Below, in pieces: positions 24,136-37,450 of a stretch of DNA of 64,000 nucleotides. Made by a program: the position numbers and the translations under genes. The stretch spans positions 3,282,761 to 3,346,760 of the forward strand of contig NC_057750.1 in NCBI RefSeq assembly GCF_004010195.1, in the 5' to 3' direction. Source of the DNA: Chiloscyllium plagiosum (Eukaryota). How positions within the stretch are numbered: position 1 is the first letter of the stretch; every line of letters starts with the position of its first letter. The notes under the pieces are model-generated. The model was not told where the DNA came from. It did no database searches and was given only the letters and a program-made list of their open reading frames with translations.

Positions 24136-27100
24136 AGGGTAGGTGCAAGAGGAGCTGCAGATGAAGGGGGTGGGGGGCATGGTATGATTCTCAACCCCAT
24201 TCTCTTGTCTGTAACATGGACCCCAGCAGTACAAGAAGGTGGTTCACCACCACCTTCTCAAGGACAACTCGAGACAGGCAATAAATATTGGCTGAACCAG
24301 CAATACTCACATCCCACAAGAAAATACAAAAAAATAATAAAAGTTGGAGGGACAGGTAGTATTGAGGAAGTGGAGAGGCTGCAGAAGGATTTGGGCAGCT
24401 AGGAGAGTGGGCAAAGAAGTCACAGATGGAATATATTCACTCCATAATGCTTAGACACCCTATCCTGTGGAAATAGTTTCTCTCTGCCTTGATATCTTGA
24501 AGAATTTAATCAAACATCTCAACCCTCTAAAATCTATGAAATACAATGTCGGTGGTATAATTGCTCCTTTTCATTTAGGCATTGATTTGATTTATTATTA
24601 TCAATGTACCGATTTACGGTGATAAGTAGTGTGTGCTATTCAGGCAAATCATACCTTACGTAAGTACATCAGAGTATTAGAACAGATTGCAGACCTACAA
24701 TTGGAGGCACTGCCTTCAAGGCCAATATAACTTCCTAAAGTGTGCACAGGACAAAGCCTACCTTTGTATAGTTGAATTTCAAAGTGAAAATAACTCCTTG
24801 TATTCTGACCCTCCAGCATTCCATAGACAATTCTGTTTATAATTGTTTTATTTTATTAAACAGTACAAAATATAAACAAACAATTAACATGAACATTCAT
24901 ATACAAGAAACAGCAATTTACAGGGGAAAGGGGCACAAACCCTACAATTCTGTGTATATTTTGTACATGTTTATGATATTTTAATGATCTATTTAACTAC
25001 ACCCTTAAGTCCCATTGTATCCCACTAATTCAAGCTTTGTATTATTTAAGGAGCGGTGATGGTATGGTGATACTGTTTCTGGATTAGTAGTCCAGGGTCC
25101 AAGGTAATGTTTTGGAAACTTGGATTTGAAACTCACTGTGGCAGAATTAAAAATCTAATGATTACTGTGAATTTAATTTAATAGTTGTAAAAAAATTCTG
25201 GCTCATTAATACCATCATTACCTGCTCTGGCCTTCATGTGACTCCAGATCCAAGGCAATATGAGTGACTTTTAACTACCACCAGCATTTGGAAGTTCCCC
25301 TCCAATTCATTCACCATCCTGACTTGGGAATATATTGCCATTCCTTCAGCGGAGCACCTGAACATGTAGTGTCAACACCCCGTTCAATTGCATGTACGGG
25401 ACTGCACATAGTACTATTTACATATTCACCTAAATATACCTAAAACTACAATCATTGTAATAAATTATAATCATTCTAATTGCTACATGTATCTGAAAAT
25501 TTCAGAATCCTAAAACAGTAGCATAATTAATAGCATTGTGGGTGCACCAAAACTAAATGTACTCCAGTGTTTCCAAAAGGCAGCCCATCTCCACCTTTTC
25601 AACAGCAACTACAGATAGACAATAAATGCTGGCCCAGCCCAAATGTTCACATGCCATGCAATAAATAACATTTAGAGGATATTCCAATCTACACCTTTTA
25701 GGTCCAAAGTGGTTTAGGCCTTACACTTGGTTATATTGAAATCTATTTTCTGCAGTTTAGCTCATTTTGTGAAGTGTATTATATATTTGTAACTTTACGC
25801 TTCCAGTACAATACTTACAATTAGGAGCAGGAATGGGCCAAACAGTCCTCAAACTTTCTCTTTCATTCAGTCTGATCTTCTACCTAAATTTCCATATTTC
25901 TACCCTATTTCCATATTATTTACTTGCCTGTGTCTCCCCCTTTTTAAAATATGGGCATATTGCATCAGATATCATTTCGCTACCTCTCCAATTTCCAGTT
26001 CTTCCTTAATAATGATTGTCGATGATTCACAATTTGATTCCTAGCATGTCAGCTTAAGAGTATAACTTCAGGTGGTGACTACATTTCCAATGTTTTTACT
26101 AATTGCTGGCTCTTTCAAAGAACATGATGGATTGAATGGCCTCTTTCTGTGCTGATTAATTCTATTGTTTCAGCATCCTGGAAATATCAGATACACATAA
26201 TGATTATGAAACAACGATTTGAGTTTTAGATTTATTTTTAAATATATACATGTTACAATGGACTGTCCTATATATACAAGTAAATGGGGAGTGACACTCC
26301 ACGTTGAGCATGCGCAGTCGGCTGTGGAGTTGAAAGTCACATGACGGCCAACCATTAAGTCTGTAATCATCCCTGGACTCTGCTATTTAAGTCCCTATCA
26401 CGTATTTTTCCTTTTATTTGGGCTGCACACTGGCCCGGATTGATTCCCCTTTTGTATGGTGTACGTTTTGAGCGATTGTTTGAGGTGCACATGTGCATTG
26501 AAAGGCAATTGGCTGAAATCTTGCATGTATTAGCATGATACGGCTTTTTCTACATAACGTTGGTCAGATAATCAAACTGTATGTGTCTTTGACAGATTTC
26601 AATGCAATGTGGCTTACGTGTCCATTATTGTAGAATTCAAGTAAGATGCACAGGCCAGAAAACGTCGGACAATCACATTGACCAGCAAAATGTTTGATAT
26701 ATTGGGATATAAATAACGTTGTTAATTCTTTTCATAGTTGTGTTGTATGAAAGGAGAGAAGGTTAGCACTCCCCTTGATAAGGATGGAAGGGGTCCTAGT
26801 GGCCTTACACAACACATAAATGGTTAAGGCATTGCCATCTACTTAGTGGCATCTAACCATGTTTTTCCCTTGGTTCTGCTTGAATGATTTTGGATCCGTT
26901 GTCAAATCAAGATTCTTTTTGCCTCAATAGGGAGGCAGTCTTTGAAACTAAACTGGACTAAATCTTCTTAGAATGTATCTCTTTCAGTCCCTCCAATCTC
27001 CCTAATAGGCCAACATCCAGTCCACAATACAGCTCAGCCTTGGCAATTCCGTCATGTTTTCTTCGAAGGAGCAGCGTTCTGAAAGCTAGTGCTTCAAATA

Positions 27101-28404
27101 AACCTGTTGGACTATAACCTGGTGTCGGGTGATTTTTAACTTTGTTCACCCAAGTCCAAATCAGGTTTTCTCCAAGTATTTTCATGGTCCTGATTGCGAT
27201 ACTAATTAAGTCTTTTAAAATTAATTTTTAATATTTATCCCCTTCTACTCCTTTCTGCCCCCAAAATTAAATATTGCTAATTTTAGGACAATATGCTTTT
27301 GATAAAGTTTTGGACAATTGGTGTCCTTTTCTAAGTGGCAAAACATCATGTTTCCACATTGAGTACTGGGGCAGCAAGTTCATCTGAGATTTCCAGGCGT
27401 CGTTCATCCCCACCTTTCTGTGAGTCAATCCAGGCCTAGAAAGGGTCCCATTCTCAGGGACATAGGCCATGGTCAGTGGTGAATTTAGCAAATATTTAAG
27501 GTTGGAGATAAAAGATCTCAATCATTGAAAAAAAAATGGCTGCTTAAAGTGGATGGTAATTTGGGAAGAGGACTTGTGTTTCCTTTAATAATAACACATG
27601 AGAAAGGCACTGGAAAACCATTTTATTTGTTCTTCTTCCTAGTCATATTGCTCTTGATGTTGAAAATTGGAGGTTCCCGCCAGCAACTGAAGGGAAAAGT
27701 ACTGGACTGTGAGTTGTGGAGAATCAAACAGAGAAGCTGCCCTTTTAGGCAGATCACTACTCCAGAAAAAAAAACGAAGATTTGCCCATAATGAGGATGC
27801 CATTTTAAGCCTTTTTTGCTAGCAGCTACATTTTCAACCATTTCAATCAAATCTCCCTTTTGCTTCTCACTAGAGACCATCTCTCAAGTAGAGGAGGGTG
27901 GCATTATATACCAACAGATCACTTGGCTATCTACAAAATAATATTGAAGGAAATATGGAAGGCATTCTTAGAAGTAAAATAAACTGCTGATTAGTCACTC
28001 ATTTTATTCACAATGACAAACACAATCATTTAATATTCATTACAGAGCTCTCCATTCGTTTCCAGTTTAGAAACTCACAGCATTTTCACTGATACTCACT
28101 GTCTTAACACAATGACCAAAATATCAAAGAACCTTTTATGCACTCCATGGTATCCATTACATTTTATTAAAAGTTGTTTGTATCAAAGAGATGTACAAAT
28201 ATTATTTCCACATTGCTATAGATTTTGGTTACTGTTCTGTCAGTTATGGTATCAATATATTACATTTAATTTTGCTCTGTAAGCTGTCACAAATTCATTT
28301 CAGGCTATGTATATACACTGTGCTACAGTTAGGAATTGAATTATTACATATTTACAGTCTTGTAAGAATAATTCAATGTTTAATTTTTGGTCATACAGAA
28401 CTTG

Positions 28405-28659
28405 AGTATTGCTGAAAACAGACATATTTTGTTAAAGTTTTTCATTTTGTATTCATCAGGATATTCACAAGAATAGCAATGTAAAGTGAACAGTTTTTTA
28501 TGGTGTATGAGAAGTGTGTGCAGTTGGTTGGCAAGTAGACTCTAATTGGTACAGGTGTTGCCTCAGAGAAATTTTGTTGAATTTGATTAGTTCAGGCATT
28601 GCACAAGGAATGAAACAGAGAGTGACTGTCACCAAAGCATGTCTTTTTTCACCAATACT
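28405..28659. mobile_element. Old inverted-terminal element with hammerhead-like remnant (family E)
   Basis: About 27-bp terminal inverted repeat (AGTATTGCTGAAAACAGACATATTTTG / CAAAGCATGTCTTTTTTCACCAATACT); CTGATGA..GAAA on minus at about 28436-28460. Confidence 0.45.
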
Positions 28660-29434
28660 AAATTTTAATCTTTTACATTTAGATAATGGATTAGTCTATA
28701 TTTACAACTTGTAACTGTCAGATAATGAGTTACTCCACATTTCATCTGTTACAATTAATTAATTAGTCCATCTTTACAGTCTTATGGTTCATAAATTATT
28801 CAATTTTTACAGACTATTATAATTAGATGATAAATTATTTCATATTTACAGTTTGTCACAGTCAAATAATCAATTATTACATATTTATGGCCTATTGCAG
28901 TTAATTTATTATCTTCTATTTACAACAACTTCAGGAAGGGCTTATGCCCGAAACGTCGATTCTCCTGTTCCCTGGATGCTGCCTGACCTGCTGCGCTTTT
29001 CCAGCAACACATTTCCAGCTCTGATCTCCAGCATCTGCAGACCTCACTTTTCCCTTCATTCACATAGTGTCAACTCAGTAAACATTTGAAGATGCTTCAC
29101 AAGAACATTAGCTGACAAAATGTAACACTGAATCACATAAGGGGATATTAGGACTGATGACTAAAAGCGTGATCTAAAGGAAAGTTCTAAGGATGATCTT
29201 TACTGAAAAGTGAAGTGGTGAGCTTCAAGGAGAGAATTCAAGAGCTTAGGGCGAAGATGGGTATTGACCACCAATGGGTGGAAGAAAGAAGGTTGGAGTA
29301 GGACAAAAGCTAGAATTGGTCAAATGAAAGTTCTCTGAGGATTGTAGATAAGGAAAGTGCAGTTAGGACAAGATTTGGATTCATGAATGAAAATTTAAAA
29401 TTCATGGAGAATGCTGGATTGAGGGCTAGAGTAG

Positions 29435-29684
29435 AAAAGTGTGGTGCTGGAAAAGCACAGGAGGTCAGGCAGCAACCAAGGAGCACGACAATCGATGTTT
29501 CGGGCATAAGCCCTTCATCAGGAATGTCATTCTGGCGTAAGCCCTCATCAGCCCATTCTTGATGAAGGGCTTATGCCCGAAGTGTCGACTCACCTGCTCC
29601 CTGGATGCTGCCTGACCTGCTGTGCTTTCCCAATGCCACACTATTCAACTCTGATCTCCAGCATCTGCAGTCCTCACTTTCTCC
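29435..29684. mobile_element. PLE-derived fold-back element, family A, with perfect 15-bp TSD
   Basis: TSD TGAGGGCTAGAGTAG at 29420-29434 and 29685-29699; hammerhead motifs in both arms. Confidence 0.85.
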
Positions 29685-29984
29685 TGAGGGCTAGAGTAGG
29701 TCAGTAAGCACATGGATGATGGGTGAATAGTACTTGGGGCCAATCAAGATTCAGGCATCAGATCATTTAGATAAACTGACATTAATGGAAGATAGATGAT
29801 AGAAGACTGATCAGAAGGGGATGGGAATAGTTGATTCTGGAGAATCTTTGAGAATTTCAGTAGCAAATGGGCTGAGGCGGTTGCAAAATGGAGTGATCTC
29901 TTGGTTTCTCAGCAGGTGTGAGATCTTAAAAAATAATTGAGGTGATGCTTCTGAGGGAGGTCCCTTCGTTAGAGAAAGGGTGCT

Positions 29985-30173
29985 TCGTGGGTTTCCTCCG
30001 GGTGCTCCGGTTTCCTCCCACAGTCCAAAGATGTGCAGGTAAGGTGAATTGGCCATGCTAAATTGCCCGTAAGGGGTATGGGTGGGTTGCGCTTCGGCGG
30101 GGCGGTGTGGACTTGTTGGGCCGAAGGGCCTGTTTCCACACTGTAAGTAATCTAATCTAATCTAATCTAATCT
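29985..30173 (+). mobile_element. 5'-truncated HE1-type SINE with (TAATC)n tail
   Basis: V-domain and tail match the 5718-6025 copy. Confidence 0.85.
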
Positions 30174-32089
30174 ACACAGATGGTACAGAGGAGTTTTACC
30201 TGGCTGTTGCCAGGACAGGACTGGAAAAATGCAGCTGTAGGAACAATTGTGTAGGCTGGGGTTGTTCTCCTCAGTATAGAGAAGGCGTGGGGGAGATCTC
30301 GTTGGTGTGTTCAAGGTTGTGAGGGATTTAGATAGAGTGGCTGGGAAGGATCAATTTCCTTTGTTGGAGAGGTCAATGAGTAAGGGGCTTAGATTTAAAG
30401 TAGTTAACAATTAAAGGTTAGAGGAGAGATGGGTAAACACTTTTTTATTAACCCAAAGTGTGGTCAGGGTCTGGAATTCAAAGCCTGAACCCTTCAACTT
30501 ATTTGAAAGGTGTCTGGATAGGCACCTGAAATCCCATAACTTTCAGGAAGGTGAACCAAATGCTACAAATACCTCACTGCCCATTGCTTGGCCAACACAC
30601 ACATAATGGGCAGTGTGGTATTTTTCTGTGCTGTAAAGTTTCTATGGGGAGGTTTGATCGAGACATTCAAAGGGACATTAGATGGTTATTTAACTAGAAA
30701 TAATGTGCAGAGTTATGGGGGAAAGAATGGGAGAACAGTGCTAAGTCATAATGCTCATTTGGAGAACTTGAGCAGATATGATGGATTGAATGGTCTCCTT
30801 CTTCACTATAACAATTCTGTGAGTCTGTCAGCCTCAAACAGTTGCCAAAGAGAAAATTGGAATTAATGGCAGGTGAGCAGAATTTGTAGTCAGGATGAAA
30901 GACAATGGCTTCTGTTTTCACATTTCGTTGCAGAAAATTTCTTCTCATCCAATATCAAACAAACAGCCAAACAAAGGAAATGCAGGTGGAAGGTTGGGGA
31001 GTGAGGTTGACTGGTTGTTGTCAGTGTACATGTGAAAGCTGACTTTGTATTTTTGAGTGCTTTCTTTGATGGGTAGCATGTCAATGAGAAATATGAGGAG
31101 GTGAAATTCAGATCCTGTGAGGAATCCAGCGGTAACAGTGCTATGGTGGAAACAGAAACATAAATTATCCTGGCTACCACTGCACAGATAAGAGTTAGCA
31201 TCAAGTGGAGACGGACTGAGACAGTGGAGAAAAGGCAGAGGTGTTGGATGATGTGGTCCATCATGTGAAAGTCAAGTTGAGGAAGGATAGTACAGCCTAC
31301 TCATAATCATATGGATGCCACTCTGGTTAAGGTTGTGTCAATGCAGTCGATGGTACAGGAATCTCAATTTTATGGTTCAAACATGAAGTGACAGCAAAGA
31401 TGAGCCAGATTTTGTACAAAGTTAAAAATCACACAACAGCAAATTATGGTCCAACAGGTTTATTTGGAAGTACAAGCTTTCGAAGCACTGCTCCTTCATC
31501 AAGTAGCTAGTGGGGCAGGATCAGAGGACACAAAATTTATCGCAAAAGATCAAAGTATCATACAACTGATGCGATAATTTTGAGGGTGACCACACTTTTT
31601 AAGACTTTAGAGAAGGAAAGGAGGTAGGAGATGGGGTGATCCCTTTCAACAACTGAGGCATCGAGGGCATCTTTTGGGGTGGGGGTGGGGGGTTAGTGAT
31701 GGTTGTTACGGGTACTAAATACTGCAAATAGTAACCGAGACTGCAGCTTCTTGAGATGAAATGCAAACTTGAGCTACCACATTTAACATTTAATGGATAG
31801 AAATTTATTATTCTAGGAATATGCTGTTAACGAGATTGTTTTCCTCATGAGTGTAAGGGGAAAGCATCAGTCAAAATGGATGAAAACCTGTTAATTTATC
31901 CACAATCTGCAAACGTGTTTATTGTGTGAATTTCTACTTGAGCCTGGGTTGTGTGTCAAAATGGTATTGCCACAGTCCAGGGAGTGCAAGGTATTGAACA
32001 TTTGCCACTCAATGCAGTCAGCACCACCTGAATTGAGAGTGTTTTCTAGAATTTGCAGCTTCGGGTGCAGCACTGACTGATCAATTCTC

Positions 32090-32560
32090 AGAGGCCAGGA
32101 GGAGTTGCTGTGACGCAGGCGGCTGGGTCCAGCCCCAACCTTCAGCTGCTTCTGAATGACTGGAAGATCCAAACAGCTCGGATCAGCACCAGGCAGGCGG
32201 CGGAGCTGAGCTAGTCCGGTAGGATTGCGCGACAATGATTGAAATCTTTTTTTTTTCATTATATTATTCTGAAATGTAGCGAGGCGGCCGGTGCCGCGCC
32301 ATCGGTGAAATTGCAACAACATCGCGTTACCACCCGCGGCTGACCCGCTTCCAGTTGATTTTGACAGGCTCCTGAATGGTGCTTTGACAGGAACCGGGGT
32401 CGTTGCTTCAATCGTTCGTTTACCTCCCAGGCTTAATGTTTCACGAACGTGAACGAGTAGCGTCCAGTTCTCCAGGCCAGGAGGGAGGGAGGAGGGGAGG
32501 GTGCCACAGTGTCTCTGATCGCGGTGTGTCTTGTACTATTTCAGTGACGCAGTTTGCAAT
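32090..32560 (+). promoter_or_regulatory. Candidate CLIP3 promoter and non-coding exon 1 (possible donor CCG|GTAGGA after 32218)
   Basis: The most extended CpG-rich, repeat-free block upstream of the first coding exon. TGACGCA CRE-like sites at 32111 and 32545. The ATG exon has its own acceptor, so an upstream exon is needed. Confidence 0.5.
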
Positions 32561-35500
32561 CAATGCAAGACTGCTAATGTTTCCCCTTTCTCTATTGTTT
32601 GGTATCCTCGACCGAATGGGATGCAGCGAAAATAACAAAAAATAAGGGCAAAACATAGCAAAACATACTGATCAGTAACCGATGCTGAATTATATTAATT
32701 CCTAAGGGCGTTTCTGATTATTATTATTATAGAATGGGCTTGTAGAACATGTTTATATTGCTAATAATCTGGTCTCCCAAGGCTTGGTCAATTAGGAATG
32801 ATCGTTCGAAAATAACCATTTCATACCATCAAATCGTGTGCTTGGTACGCCGTACTACAAACCTCAACCCCATGGCTCACGACTTGAACTGATTTCTGTT
32901 GTCGCCACCCCCAATGCAGACTAATTATCCAACATTTACAGAATATTTCTCATAAGTTAAATAATTGCTGAAAAAGTTTAACATTCGCCAGAAAATTCAC
33001 TTGCTTTTAAAGTAACCGTGGTTCCTTTCTCATGGTTTGTACGGATAGTAAATATTTGGAATATAAAATAAGATCTCTGAATGCATTGTACATCCAGTGC
33101 ATGGTACAATAGAAAAATTCTAAGAACACAATAGTTTTAAATGTTACATTTGGGTGACTTGAAAGTCAGTGTTTCGTGTTGTTTTTATATAAACAACACA
33201 TTTTCAGAGGAATCACCCCACATTTGAATCGAATGCTTTCAATTGCTTTTATTTTCAAATGAAACCTTTTGAAATATTAATGAATTTGACGAGCAGCTCT
33301 GTGTAGCAGTCAATTTGGATAGTCCATTTTGGCCAAGTCATTAGAAGGCTGTGGGCCTGAAAGGGTTACCTTTCCTCCTCTTGAAAATTACCAGACTATG
33401 GTCCTGGGGTAAGGGTGAATACTTTCTCAAATTCCCATAATTATTTCAGCACCTGGACACATTTCAGAGCTTAGTGATGCTTTGTAATTTTTGTGGGAGA
33501 GAAAGAGATTACTTTTCCCTCTTCCACACTTGCTCCTCTTCCCCCACCTCTTCTCCTTTTGTCTCCTCCCTTAGCTTCTCCCCACTCATTCCTCTTTCTC
33601 TTTTGCTACTTCCTTCTGCCCTCTCCTCTTCCCTCCTTCTCCCAACTCTTCCATTCCTAACCCTCAAAATTTAATTCCTGGCCTCAGTCTGAACAACAGA
33701 TTCAGCACAAATCCGCCAATGTCAGATTGTTTTTCAATTATTTCTGCCTTCCCTCCCAATTTTTGATGTAAGTAAATCTCCCCCAGTGCAGCACAGCATG
33801 CCCCAAGATGATGAACCTAGCCTGACAGTTGCCTCTTAACGATTAATTTTTCTGAAGATCACGAGTAACTATCAGGGTCACTGAACCTTTAGTTTTCTCT
33901 CCCTCTCCCCTTAACTCTTTGGGGAAAAGCTTTGCCTGCACTTGGCTCTGTCATCAGAGAATGTGCTGAGAGCAGGAACACACCATATGGAGAATAACAG
34001 GTGTCAGCCCACCTTCCTCCTGTGAATCCTTGGCTCAAAACCAGCTCAAAAATTGTATTAATATTACCAGGACTCCCATGGCTTTCACTGACACCAAATC
34101 AGTTGATGTCCTGTTTTATAATATCAGGAGTATTAAACCTGTAATGTACGATGTATTACTCTTATATTAAGATGGATATACTATGCTGCTAATATGAGGC
34201 AGTGTTATAAAGTTATAATGGCAGAGAAGGAGTACATTCAGCCCCTTGAGTCCATGCTGATTTTAGCAAAGAAATCCAGTCAGTGCCCTTCCACTACTGT
34301 TTCTTTAATCCCACAAGTTATTTCCCTTAAATGCACATTAAACATCCTTTTGAAATCATTGATTGTTTCCAGTTCAAACCCCATGTAGGCAGGAGATTCT
34401 GTTCTTGATCAATGTGTAAAACAAGTTCTTCCTTACACCTCCTCTGCATCTCTTGCCCAAAACCTTAAAGGTGTATTCACTAGTCCTTGTACCGTCAGCT
34501 AATGGAAGCAATGGACTATCTAATCTAAATCTGTTACAATCTTGTACATCCCTCATATCCCACTTTCCTTGCTCCAAGGAGAATGGCTGTAGCTTCTCCA
34601 ACCTAACCCTCATCCCCGGAACTGTTCTGGTAAATTTACTCCATCTCAAGATTTATCCATATTTTTCTAGTTAAGTGTGGCGCCAAAACTGAAGGTGGTT
34701 CCTTCCTTTTTAAGGCCTTTAATGTCTTACTGGAAGTAGACACAGCTTGAGGCTTTGCTGAGTTTGATTAGTCACTTATTGATGCATGGTTTGCAGACAA
34801 TGTCATTGTTGTAAGCTTCTGTCTGTAAATTAGGGAGATTACATAATATATAAAGTGTGGCTTTTAAAGAAAATATCCTAATGGTGACAGTGTGCGGTTT
34901 GACTTGAAAAAGTTTGTTTTTAATGAACTATTATTGACAGTGAAGTCTGTAAGATTGCTACTATTAGAAGAGCTAAGATTAATTTTGTGAAATTGCAAAT
35001 CGCATTATCCACCCTGATTAAGGATTTTCTTGTAGAATTTTCATGAAGAAAGGAATTTAGTTTCATGTGCAGAGTTTTATATGAAGCTAAACAGTTCAGG
35101 AAGATCCCAGGATCCTTGTTGTGTTGCATGTGAGTAGCTATATGAGTGCTGCAGGTGGTTTCTGGAGATTGGGGAGGGTGTGATATGGGATAGATGTTAC
35201 CTAGAGGAAGCAATTATCAGCAGGAAGTTTGGTTCTGATTACTGTCTGTTAAGAGCTAAGATCTGATCTTTTGGTTGTGGGATCTCTTAGCTCTGTCATT
35301 TGTTTATGCTGTTTGGCATGCAAGTAGTCCCATTTGATGCCTTCACCAGATTGACATTTTTAAGGTGAGAGGAGAGAGAGAGATTTTAAAAAGACAAAGG
35401 TGCTTTTTTTTTGACACAGAGGGTGGTTCGTGTATGGAATGAACTTCCTGAGAAAGTGTGGATGTGGGCACAGTTACAATGATTAAAAGACATTTCGATA

Positions 35501-36001
35501 AGTACATGAATAGAAAAGGTTTGGAGGGACATGAGCACAAGCAGATGGGACTAGCTTAATTTGCGATTATATTTGTCATGGACTGGTTGGACCAAAAGGT
35601 CTGTATCCATTCTGTATGACTCTTAGTGAAGTTTGTACAGAATCTCTGAAGAAGACTCCTATTGGACTTGAAACATTAGCTCTGTTTCTCTTTCCACAGA
35701 TGCTGCCAGATCCACTGATATTCTCCAGTGATTTCTGTTTTTAATTCCAATCTCTAGTACCCTCAATATTTTGATTTTGGTTTAGTTAATACTTGTACCT
35801 CCTCCCAAATACTTGAATAGGCTCAGTATTCATCGCTCAAACTCTTATGGTGTAGCCTGTAACTTTGAACCTATGTCTCACTGTATCAAACCAAATGAAT
35901 TGTTGACTTCAGGAGAGTATTTGAGGGAACAGGTCAAAATTACAAGTTCGTTTAGAGAATAGCTTTTATAAAATGGAGAGTTGAATGAAAAGAAAGGATG
36001 C

Positions 36002-37450
36002 CATAGAGTCATAGAGCTGTACAGCACAGAAACAGACCCTTTGGTCCAACTTGTCCATGCTGACCAGATATCCTAACCAAATCTAGTCCCATTTACCAGC
36101 ACTTGGCCCATATCCTTCTAAACCCTCCCTATTCATATACCCATCCAGGTGGCTTTTAAATGTTGCAATTGTACCAGCCTCCACCACTTCCTCTGGCAGC
36201 TCATTCCATACACGCACCACCCTCTGTGTGAAATGGTTGCCCCTCAGGTCACTTTTATATCTTTCTCCTCTCACCCGAAACATATGCCCTCTAGTTCTGG
36301 ACTCTCCCCCATCCCAGGCAAACGACCTTGTCTATTTATCCTATCCATACCTCTCATGATTTTATAAACCTCTATAAGGTCACCCCTTACCTTCCGATGC
36401 TCCAGGGAAAAGAGCCCCAGCCTATTTAGTCTCTCCCTATAGCTCAAATCCTTCAACCCTGCAACATCCTTGCAAATCTTTTCTGAACCCTTTCAAGTTT
36501 CACAACATCCTTCTGAAAGGAGGGAGATCAGAATTGCACTAAATGTTCCAAAAGTGGCTGAACCAATGTCCTGTACAGCTGCAACATGACCTCCCAACTA
36601 CCATACTCAACATTGGTTAGGCCAATAAAAGAAAGCATACCAAATGCCTTCTTCAGTATTCCATCTACCCGTGACTCTACTTTCGAGGAAATATGAACCT
36701 GCACTCCAAGGTCTCTTTGTTCAGCAACTCTCCCCAGGACCTTACCATTATGTGTATAAGTCCTGCTCTAATTTACTTTCCTAAAATGCAGCATCACGCA
36801 TTTATCTAAATTAAACTCCATATGCCACTCCTCAGTCCATTGGCCCATCTAATCAAGATCCTATTGTACTCCGAGGTAATCTTCTTCGCTGTCCACTACA
36901 CCACCACCCTCTGTCTTTTATCTTTGAGTCAATTCTGTATCCAAATGACTAGTTCTCCCTGTATTACATGAGATCTAACCTTGCTAATCAGTCTCCCATG
37001 AGGAACCTTGTCAAACACCTTACTGAAGTCCATTTAGATCACGTCCACCGCTCTGTCCTCATGAATCCTCTTTGTTACTTCTTCAAAAAACTCAATCAAG
37101 TTTGTGAGACAAGATTTTTCATGCACAAAGCCATACTGACTATCCCTAATCAGTCCTTGCCTTTCCAAATACATGTAAATCCCGTCCCTCAGCCCACCAC
37201 TGGTGTCAGGCTCACCGGTCTATGGTTCCCCAGCTTTTCCTTTCTTAAATAGTGGCACCACATTGGCCAACCTCCAGTCTTCCGGCACTCGCCTGTGACT
37301 GTCGATGATACAAGTGCTGGGGATTTATCCGCTTTTATGCATTTCAAGACATCCATCACCTCCTTCTCTGTAATGTGGACATTTTCAAGATGTCACCATC
37401 TATTTCCCCACGTTCTATATCTTCCATGTTCTTATCCACAGTAAACACTG
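36002..37450 (-). mobile_element. CR1 LINE 3' portion
   Basis: ORFs 36083..36283 and 36271..36456; (CTATGACT) tail. Confidence 0.88.

Noticed and set aside
32016..33462. REST/NRSE sites near the putative CLIP3 promoter (TCAGCACC at about 32018, 32183 and 33446)
   Set aside because: Half sites or wrong spacing; none matches the full canonical NRSE.
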